From Phoronis australis (Eukaryota; Animalia; Phoronida), in contig NMRA01000053.1 of assembly GCA_002633005.1 (NCBI GenBank), forward strand, positions 702,608 through 766,607: 64,000 nucleotides of DNA. Direction: 5' to 3'. The position numbers and the translations under genes were made by a program. Numbering within the stretch: the stretch's first letter is position 1; each line of letters opens with the position of its first letter. This document shows, in pieces, positions 36,404 through 46,963 of the stretch. The notes below the pieces were generated by a model. The model saw only the letters and a list, made by a program, of their open reading frames with translations. It was not told where the DNA came from and did no database searches.

Positions 36404-39400
36404 ATGGACGGCGATGGCGTAGCAGCTGTGGTAATCGACAATGGTTCCAGCATGTGCAGAGCTGGTTTTGCAGGCGACTCGGCTCCCAGGGCCGTTTTCC
36501 CGCCCATCGTTGGCCGTCGTAAACATCAGGTAAGACACGCCAAACTAAACATAAACGGGCTTAGCCCATTAGATCTCCCATTGATAGACTACACTGGGAT
36601 AGTCTATCGTTGAGGCCAGCCCGCAAAAACACTTGTATTTCCTCGGCAGTGAACTGAATCTTATTAAGTGCCATATTTTCTCTCCTTATTGCGTTCAACT
36701 AGACTGCGACTACGACTATCATTTACGTGTGATCCATAAAAAGATGTTCCCTTGAGAACTCTGGTTCTGGCTGTCTAACGTGGTACAGGGACCTACAATT
36801 ACGTATACTAGCTGAGATACACTTTCGTCATAAGCCTACTGTGGACATAATGCGATTGACACTTTGGGATGCACACTCTCCAGCCGTCGGGTCTCATTCA
36901 TATTGTGGTACGTAAATGCAAATTTCCTCTTCAACGTCCCCTACTGAGTTGGTTGACTCATTTTTTATCTTTCTGACCTAAAATAAATCTGTATGTCTGG
37001 ACTTTGCTGCGAGGCGGGGAGTGACATAGATATGCCCAAATATGGCAATTATAATTTACTTGAGGAAAACATAGTTTTTGAAGATGTTTTAGCAAATATG
37101 ATGATTATTGTGATGCAATAAGACTAGAATGAAAGCAAACACCATTCAAATGAATAACATTTTTTTTTTCAAATCCCTTTGTAAGCATAGAATACAATAC
37201 AATATCAATCTTGAGGAAATGTCACTTGTATTTACGTGGATGTTTTTGCAATTACGATAACACTACTTAAATTCACTGAGACTCTACCAGGCCTGAGGCT
37301 AGTATGAAAGCAACCTCCTGGATTCAATTGAATAACATTTTTTTCAGAAGGTTTTGTAAGTATAGCAACAAAATCAAATAAATATAAAAGCAATTTATAA
37401 AACATATAACTATAATATCTTTGCTGGTGAATCCCCGAGCTAAACACCGACCGCATCAATTTCCAGAGTGCCATGGTAGGCATGGATCAGACGGACACAT
37501 ACGTCGGTGACGAGGCTTACGTCAAGAGGGGAATTCTTGTCCTAAAACACCCCGTAGAGCAAGGTATTGTCACCAACTGGGATGACATGGAAAAGATCTG
37601 GCACCACACCTTTTACAACGAGCTCCGTGTCGCCCCCGAGAAGCGCCCTGTTCTGTTGACTGAGGCCCCGCTCAACTCCAAAGCCAACAGAGAGAAGATG
37701 ACACAAATTATGTTCGAAACCTTCAATTCCCCCGCTGTGTACGTGGCTATGGATGCTGTTCTTTCAATATACGCCTCCGGAAGGACAACAGGTATTTGAA
37801 ATAGTGTATGACTGGTAATCTTGATTTCGCACACTGGACACTTCGGCATCAACGAGGGCTATTTTGGGAGAGATAACTATATTCTCATAAGTAACAGAAA
37901 TTAATGAGCTTTGAGCACAAGCCATGCAAAAGTTTCCTCAAAAAGAGCAAAATATTAACTTTATATCAGCCTGTTTATCGAGCTCACAGCTTCGTGAAAA
38001 ACTGACTACAGAAAATATTTTAAAAATGCCAATGCCTACTGAGTCAGATGTTGTTGATGCGAAATGGTCGCTCTGTTCAAACTGACATCTAAAGTGATTG
38101 TCCGTTCTGCCCACACAGACCACATTTTAAAAGTGGTTACATAACAGAAATCGCAAACGCATTTCCCTTGCTAAAGAGGCAGTGTTGGTGGATATACACC
38201 TGTTATCCATTTTCTGAAACACCCAAAAACCGGCGCAACGTAAATTTCGCATACCAATTGACTATGACAAAGTTTTTTTTCTTAAACATACGCAGCCCAA
38301 AACTGCCTTTTTGTCCGAACCCTTGAGCATAACAAGTACACATAACCTAAAAAACGAAAAGGACGAGTAGTCACAAACTGGCATTGGGGGGCGTGTTAAA
38401 ACTGCTACAGCCCGACTTTAATCAGTAAAAATAACTGTTGAGTTAGACCATTTAGCGCGTCAGTAAAACTGGTTGTATCCTTTCTCTGATTAGAAGTGAA
38501 TTACACCAGTTTTTGGCCATAATAGAATCAAAAAAACGGACAATCGCCGCATATCGACACTTGATGTCTGATTGCTTGCATCCTGATGATGCGCGACGAT
38601 TGTCCGTTTTTTGATTAGAAGTGATATCTTAGGTCGGGAAGAGCTTTCAGTTCATAACGAGCCCTAGCAAGTCGGTTTCATTGCAACTGCAAACTGTCGG
38701 TTCTTTGGAAGTTCCGAAAGCGGTTCTGATTTTTGAAAATGGATTTATAATGATAAGTGCTCTAATCTGTTTGTCACCTCTGAAAATCGGCGAGTGGCAA
38801 CTTAACGAGAATCGGAGATCCTCTTAATTTTCGTGCGCGCACCCAGCCTAAAATATAGGGGCGCTCGAATTTCTCGATATGGGGATCTTTTACTGAACAA
38901 AATCAACTAGGGCTAAAAAACAAAACGGGGCCATGAATTGTGCATCTGCGCTTGTGTCCTTTGTGCACTTTTGTGTCGTTTACTCGGACTTTTTCTTCTC
39001 TGAGACGGTCCTTTTTGCCCAATTCGCCAGANNNNNNNNNNNNNNNNCCCCCCCCCCCCCACCCCAGGGTGTGCCCATGATTTTTTTCAAATCGGATATT
39101 GAATCACTGGAGACCATGATGAGTGCAGCTAAATTTATCAAAATTGTGTTTTCAATTAGAGACGCCCACTCTTCTTCCAAATTTTAGCCGATTTTTCAAC
39201 AAAGAACTAGATTTCATCGTCATCATGAGCAGTTCAGGCAATGAGTACGGACCGGCATTAGTCCACGCCAATGGCAATTGTTTTGTTTTCATAAAAACTA
39301 AAGCGTCGCGGTTTAGTTGCGAACTTGTAGTACGACTGATAGTAGATTACAAGCTTTTTAAAAACAGAATCAGAGTTGCTTCGTAACAGAGCTGCACGTT

Positions 39401-41346
39401 TGTCTTGTAGGTATTGCTGTTGATTCTGGTAACGGTGTCTCTCGTACTGTGCCCGTCTATGAAGGTTATGCCTTGCCCCACGCCATTCTCCGTCTGGACT
39501 TGGCCGGTCAAGCCCTCACGGACTACCTCATGAAGATCCTTATAGAGCGTGGGTACAGCTTCACCACCACGGCCGAGAAGGAAACTGTTCGTGATATCAA
39601 GGAGAAGCTGTGCTACGTCGCCCTTGACTTTGAGCAGGATATGCAAACTGCAGCCTCGTCCTCGTCCTTAGAAAAGAGCTACGAACTTCCTGATGGAAAG
39701 GTAGTAATTATTGTTACATCGAAAAATGTCGATGTTCGTGACTGAGGTCAGAAATTAATCTTTGAATCATTTGCCAGCAAATACAAAAATGGGAGCATTT
39801 TAACATACAAAAACTTCTCTTCTCGACGTTTTCATACTCTGGTTACAAAAGAATGTCAAAATTCTCTTCTAAAAAGATCCTGTCATATCAAAACCAAGTT
39901 TGAAAGCGACAGTCTCCGGCGTCATATTGTACAGTCGGTGTAGAGCCATCTGTGGGCGATACCCTTTGTTTATGTATTCTTAACAGCCACTAGGAGTTGT
40001 TAGTTTTGTACGCGTGAGAAAAAATAAGGATATTATTGAAAAACCATGTACCAAATGGAGTTCATTGATTAGGCTTCAATGGGAAATAATTAAGATTTTC
40101 TGCAGCTAAACTGACTTAAGTCAGATTGAAGCAATCTCCCAAGTTTCTTCTCCTCTCACCGGTTACGAATTTCCCGGCGGTATCAGTTTCCTTCCGTCAG
40201 TTGCCCACGAACTGACACGGGGTGATGAATGGATACGGTGACGCGGACGGTCACGGAGCTATATGAATTGATATACGCTAAATGGTGCGCTTCACACAGT
40301 ACGTAATACAAGTGTGAGTTTTGGCGTGTCCGCTGTTCAAGGAACTTAGAGAAATGTCAAATTTTGGCTAACTTCAGATCATGATATCTCAAAAATGGCC
40401 TGTGATCGGATTCGTATGAAACTTTCAGAGGCTACGCATGAACTAAGTATTGTGGTAGGAGTTACTTTTAAAATGTTCCAACTTTTGCACGAGGTACTAT
40501 TAAAAATGACGTTTATGGTGTCCATGAAAAACAATTAAAAAAGAAGTGATATTTCAGAAAACTGAAATAGCGTCTTTGAGATCTCACCTTGAACATTGAC
40601 ACCAAATGAAATTTGATCATGTTATTGATACCGTTGTTTTGCTTTCAGTGTACATTTTCTTGAAAGACATAGTCAAGTAAACCAATTACCGACAGCCTTT
40701 TGATAAAAGATCAAAAATCAAAATTCTTCAGACTTTATATTGTCAGAAACTACTTAGTTAAAATCAACAGTTTTATAGATATTTGATTAAATATGCACCC
40801 TTATCAATGAAGTGATACATTACATTAATTGACTTGTGCCGTTATTTTCCTTTTGTCAGAGCTCCTGGCATAACAAACGTCGTAATTGATTTAGTACCCT
40901 ACTTTGACACTTGTATTTCAAACTTGTCAATCATTTTCTAGGTCGTCACTATAGGTAACGAGCGTTTCCGTTGCACGGAGGCCATGTTCCAACCTACTTT
41001 ACTGAATATGGAAGGTGTAGGCCTACACGAAATGGTGAACAGGTCTATCTTGAAGTGTGACACCGATATCCGCACTAAGGTTTTGTACAACAACACAGTC
41101 TTGTGCGGCGGTAACACCATGTTTCCCGGAATAACTGAGCGTATACAAAAGGAACTTTCTGCCCTGGCACCAACAAACACGCAGGTCAAGGTTATCGCTA
41201 CACCCGAGCGTAAATATTCCGCATGGATTGGCGGTTCCATTTTCGCCTCCTTGCCCAGCTTCCAAGAGTTGTGGATCAGCAAACAGGAATACGAAGAGTC
41301 TGGTCCAAGTATTGTTCACCAAAAGTGCCCTGGTACTACGGTGTGA
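36404..41346 (+). CDS. Actin 4, divergent actin-like protein, 381 aa, intact reading frame
   Basis: Exons 36404-36529, 37467-37791, 39411-39700, 40942-41346 = 1146 nt. Intron positions match actins 1-3, all GT-AG, no internal stop. [29 protein letters not shown]...[11 protein letters not shown]. Confidence 0.93.
37036..37045 (+). promoter_or_regulatory. Perfect CArG box in intron 1 of the divergent actin
   Basis: CCAAATATGG. First-intron CArG enhancers are known in actin genes, but a single site could be chance. Confidence 0.4.
38526..38616. repeat. About 90-bp hairpin or miniature inverted-repeat element
   Basis: aatcaaaaaaacggacaatcg ... cgattgtccgttttttgatt, with arms of about 20 bp. Confidence 0.7.
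38832..39079. mobile_element. MITE with C(A/G)TG termini and 5-bp TSD (ATTTT); same family as 44132-44383
   Basis: atttt|cgtgcgcgcacccag...gggtgtgcccatg|atttt. The internal segment ctcggacttt...tctctgag...cctttttgccc is shared with the 44.2-kb copy. Confidence 0.75.
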
Positions 41347-42569
41347 TTTCATGCAGTTATCAGATGTCTCAAATCCTCCAGGCTACTCACGTGCAGTGAC
41401 TATCATCAATTTTCCTCTCTATGACACCACGAATCCTTGCATTTTACTCTTGTGGTGGAACTGCATTCAGGGTTCAATAGAACTTCACTTTATGGAAATG
41501 TTCTATAGGATCCCATGGTAATTTGGATTTCCTGTAAGAATCTGTATGGTAGACTTTTGTATAGGAAGTCTTGCAAAAAAGAATCAAATAGAATTTCTCA
41601 ATTCAAATTGTTTATTGGTAGCTGGACGATTTTAGTGTAATTTCAAGTCTTAAGGTTTTATGAGATGTAACCATGACAATTAAAAATAAATAAGCCTGCT
41701 GTTCAGTTAAACCACACTCATGGAATAACTCGATTTGGTCACGGGTAAATATGACCACTGTGTCAACAGTGCGAACTGAAGCCCTCATCACCCAGCCAAT
41801 GTTCTCACATTCTCCAATTGCTACAAGAAATCCCTTTTAAGGAATTTCACCTATACGAAACTATCAGAAAATTTATATACCGAAATAGGTCTGCGCAACT
41901 AATGTTCTCAACTTTTTCCTCACTTCCGATCGGACGTTAGGCACATCATCGAATGAATTTGTAAACGTTGTCTCATTTTTAGAGATTTAGAGTTGCCGTT
42001 AAAATGTTTTAAACATATCCAAGGTTGCGATGATGCGGTCAGTAACATGAGGTTATTGTAGAATATGCAGTAAATGTCAAAAGCATGTTACTTTTCGATA
42101 TTGGCCTTGTTAAAACATTGATAGCTACGGTATGAGAACTTGTAAAAAAGTCTATGCAAGAAAGTCTCATTTGATAATTATTTATTGAAGCAATGTCATA
42201 GAAGCTTCTTGAGTATAATCATTGTTGATTGTAAAAGTATTCCTATTTTGTATTTTATATATGTTGAATAAAAAATCATAGCTTTTGTGTATTAGTCATC
42301 ACTCCGAGAAAAACTCGCGCATAACGAAATTCAGTCAGCACAGGGACATTCAGCGGGCACGTCGACATTCAATCGGCACGCCGTCATTCCGTCGGCACTG
42401 ACGACTTTCGATCGGCCGAACGCAGACGAGGTGATCAGCTCAGTGCTATCATGCCCTTAAACTTGCAACCAAATAAATTCCTGTATCACAAACTATATAT
42501 TAAAATCACATCTCAAGATTTCAAGGCCACGTACAGCGACAATGACGTCCAAGTCGCCCAATTTCACCG

Positions 42570-43704
42570 CACCATAGTGTCTCGGTAGGTCGATTGAGAG
42601 GCGAGGATTCTGGAAAAGCTAGACATCGCCTTCAGTTGTACAAAATATTAGGAAGGCCACAAAAAATCCGTGCCGCTGCATCCTTTGAGACACATCAGTA
42701 CGGCCATTTTATTTAAGTCGATCCTACGACATTATTCAATTCAAAGCGACAAACGCTTAAAGATCACTATCGTACGCCATAATGTGTGCACACCGATGAC
42801 GTTTGGTAGTTATAACTAAAGTTAATTTCAATTTTGATTTTTTTGTTATTTGCCTTTAGTTGTAACTAAAATCGAAATCCCTCGCCACATGTTTATTATT
42901 CATGGTTAGATCATCGATATCCGCCAATGTATTCAATTCAAGATCAAGCAAAGTATGCCGTCTTGGAAGTCGTAACCTTGCGCACGTCCACCTGCACATT
43001 TGTTGAAAGACAAGCGACAGTTTGCTGCTAAATATGTCACATTCCTGACGTTGACACCTTGTCATTCCCATTACACAAACAATGCACAACAGCATCCCTG
43101 TAATTAGCAGTAATTACAAACACAATACTTGATTAANCACCATAGTGTCTCGGTAGGTCGATTGAGAGGCGAGGATTCTGGAAAAGCTAGACATCGCCTT
43201 CAGTTGTACAAAATATTAGGAAGGCCACAAAAAATCCGTGCCGCTGCATCCTTTGAGACACATCAGTACGGCCATTTTATTTAAGTCGATCCTACGACAT
43301 TATTCAATTCAAAGCGACAAACGCTTAAAGATCACTATCGTACGCCATAATGTGTGCACACCGATGACGTTTGGTAGTTATAACTAAAGTTAATTTCAAT
43401 TTTGATTTTTTTGTTATTTGCCTTTAGTTGTAACTAAAATCGAAATCCCTCGCCACATGTTTATTATTTATGGTTAGATCTTCGGTATCCGCCAATGTAT
43501 TCTATTCAAGATCAAGCAAAGTATGCCGTCTTGGAAGTCGTAACCTTGCGCACGTCCACCTGCACATTTGTTGAAAGACAAGCGACAGTTTGCTGCTAAA
43601 TATGTCACATTCCTGACGTTGACACCTTGTCATTCCCATTACACAAACAATGCACAACAGCATCCCTGTAATTAGCAGTAATTACAAACACAATACTTGA
43701 TTAA
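42570..43704. repeat. About 567-bp tandem duplicate joined by a single N at 43137; probably uncollapsed haplotypes
   Basis: 42570-43136 vs 43138-43704 differ by only a few substitutions. Confidence 0.9.
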
Positions 43705-43871
43705 CTTAAAATTTATTCAATATTTAACAAACAATTATTGTATAAAGCTGCAGATATTTCATGGCACATTAGCACATCATGGATAACAGTTGGAGCCCCC
43801 TTAAGCCCAAGTCCATACAACGAAGTCCTCATTTCCGACAGTCCCCTAATATTTGGAACACTAAAATACAA

Positions 43872-44131
43872 ATTGAAGTTGATTTCTTTATTCTGAAGAC
43901 TGGAACATGGTCAATTTTGGTGTTCCACTATATTTCTCAAATATCAGACAGTGTTTTGCATCAGTTGCAAATATGACATGCCAGTTCATAATACTGTAGA
44001 AAATGAAATTTGATTTCTTTATTCTGAAGACTGGAACATGGGCAATTTTAGTGTTCCACTATTTTTCTCAAATATCAGATATTGTATTTTCTATCATCTG
44101 GAAGCAGACTTGACAGTTCATAATGCTGTAG
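43872..44131. repeat. Two-copy tandem duplication, period about 131 bp
   Basis: ttgatttctttattctgaagactggaacatgg...gtgttccactat...tttctcaaatatcaga occurs at 43879 and 44010. Confidence 0.85.
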
Positions 44132-44383
44132 CATGCGAGCACCCAGCCCTTAATATGGGGGGGGGCTTGAATTTCTGACGAAGAGGGCCTTTTGCTAACA
44201 AACAAGCGGGAGGACTAAAAAAACGGTTCAGAACTGTGAACTGTTGGTCTGCGCCTTTTTAGTGGACTCTTGTCTTGTTTTCTCGGACTTTCTGTTTCTC
44301 TGAGGTGGACCTTTTTGCCCACTTTGCCAAATGGGAGGGCTCAATCCAGCCCCAACCCCCGAGCCCTCATGGGTGAGCGCATG
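44132..44383. mobile_element. MITE with CATG termini and 5-bp TSD (TGTAG)
   Basis: tgtag|catgcgagcacccag...gggtgagcgcatg|tgtag. The empty site (ctgtagaaaatg) is preserved in the adjacent tandem copy near 43993. Confidence 0.8.
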
Positions 44384-44984
44384 TGTAGAAAATGGCTACA
44401 TCCAACACGTTTTCATGCATCCTGACATTGTGATGAGTGATCATTGATTGTAATTCTTGAATTTGGATAGCCGACATTGTTTATCTCAAAATTTGGTACA
44501 AGCTCCGACTTTGACCGGAATAATAATTTTTTCACGGTCACACACTGCGGAATTTCAACCACAGTAATTATCTGGTCACATGATGTAACCAGTGTGGCTC
44601 TAATGAGTTCTAATTTATGCACATATAATTAACAGAGTCCGCATTCCTTGTACCTAAACTATTTAAGGATCAAGAATTATCAAAAATACAGCAATATTAC
44701 CTCATACATACATGTACATGGGCAGAAAAATATGAACAAAGACCATCGTAGCATCCTCCTTAGTTTACACACTGCTGAGCCTCTCCCCGGACATCACACT
44801 GGCACATGGGTGAGGGGATGTATCACATCTCTTATAATAGATTCGAAATTTCAAATCTCAATATTGCGACCAAATAATACACATTACAACGAATGGACAA
44901 TTGAAACTGCTTTTTCGTTCTAATGTCAGGTGATAACGCCTATTCTGCCAGAAAGACACTTCAACTTAGATAATGCATTCTCTG

Positions 44985-45051
44985 TCTTTATAAATCATAT
45001 TTCTTTATAAATCATATTTCTTTATAAATCATATTTCTTTATAAATCATAT
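44985..45051. repeat. 17-bp minisatellite, about 4 copies
   Basis: (TCTTTATAAATCATATT)n. Confidence 0.9.
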
Positions 45052-46963
45052 CCCACAAGTCACGGTGTGAGGAGTAACCTCCCATCAAACACAAGTCTGC
45101 GCATACACAAGACGGAAATCCCATTTTTACGATTGGTTTGCCAATTGGAGGCGACTGCAAAGTGTTTTTGAGACAACTACCCTGGAACTTATAGCAGCTT
45201 GCATAATTTGTTCCATGGCACAACTAGAGTGAAAAAGTCACTCTTGAACACGTTTTCATTGCATGTAGTAACTTCAAGTTGACATACACAAACAAATGAC
45301 AAACAAGTCGAGCTACTGTACAAGACAAAAGTAATGGGACAAAATAACGTTTTGCCATCATGTCGGATAACTCTGTTAGCAGCAAAACTAACTGGTAATG
45401 ACTATTAGGGCAGTAAAATTTTAATTACAAATGCCTTAGCACTTTACTATATTTCCTGTTGATTCACCTTTATTCTCCGTTATTAGAGTAGACTATTCTG
45501 AACATTAATTTGGCTTCTGCCCAGTCATCATGACAGTTAATTCTGTGTCATTTTGTCTGAATACTTTTGGCTTGTACTGTATAAAACCCAATACAGAAGT
45601 TCTATAATATAATAATGCATTACTTAAAAAAAATTTTTGATAACCTCTTGCTCACTAAATTAAAAACGAATGATCAAATATTCAAACAAAAACATCTCCA
45701 AAACAACAACAAAAACAAAAAAGTCTTGTGTGCAATTATCCAAAGGATTTCACAACAGTTGTTATTAAAATGGGTCAAAATATGACATCATATGCACAAG
45801 GTGATGAGTAATGCTAGTAAAAATCTTATACTTGAGACAATCAAAATAACTATTCACTAACCAACAGTACATTTCCAAACTGTGAAAAAGCCCTTTCACA
45901 CTAATGTTGAAGCGTCAATGTTTTGGGGAGTAGTGGTCCGCATGAACGATTAGCTGGATCAAAGTTAACAGTGCCAGTTAACAAATGGATTTAACAGCGG
46001 AGTGTCGATTGCTTATATTTTGCTCGAATAATCACCAATCGAATTAAAAATAAGTTTTATGTAAATCAGCTCACGTACATGTTCTCAAATTGTCACGTTA
46101 AAAATATGTTAGTGTGCACGAGGTACGTCACCTACTGTTTACTTCGATGCGGTTAGCTACAGAAGTTGGCAAGAACAATTCAATTGACTTCGCAGTTTAC
46201 TTCGATGCATTGCTCATACTAGAGTTAGTTAGTATGAAAGGGAGTAAAAGGATATCAGATTTCTATTCTGACATAGCCATAGAATGCTGGGCCCCAATAT
46301 CTTCCCTAAGTAATCATATGGTTGAAAGGTGCAAGCATCAATTATTCAAAAACAAAAGTTGAGTTAGAAACTTTGACATCAGTATTTGACAAGAGTCTTC
46401 TAATACGATCTTCAATGTTGTTCACACAGATATTTCTGTTTAAACCACAGAATGTAAAATTATTTCCACCTTCATCACGAGAATCTGAAATTTCATTTCT
46501 TACTAATGCAGCAAATTTTTAATCAGCATTGCCTCTGGAGGCAGGAGTTTCAAATTCTAACAAAACAAACCCACACTCTCCGCATTCCAGGATAAACTAT
46601 TGGTTTGACATAATACTGGGAAAACAGCCTACACCCTTAAAGCACCATTTAATACTTTTTAAAAACCATTGTCATTTGATTCATGTTTTTAGGAGAACCC
46701 TTTGCTTTGGTTCTTGAACACAGCAAGCTAGAGCTTTTAATTACATACAACTCCATGGACTGAATGGAGCTCACTGATTGGTTCAATGGAACCATTCACT
46801 GAATGGAACTCACTCATTGGCTCAATGGAACCATTCATCCTTCAAAGTTGATTTACACTGATTTGAAGTTTGTGATTTTGGCTTTACATGTACCTAATTA
46901 GTGCTGCCTGAGATTTAAAATCTTAATAAAATATCTCACAACTGAACGTAGAAACAACCTGAG

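Noticed and set aside
36404-41346. Calling actin 4 a pseudogene or a canonical Arp (Arp1/2/3)
   Set aside because: It has no stop or frameshift and all splice sites are canonical. Intron positions and long nucleotide matches tie it to the adjacent actins, and no Arp-type large insertions are present.
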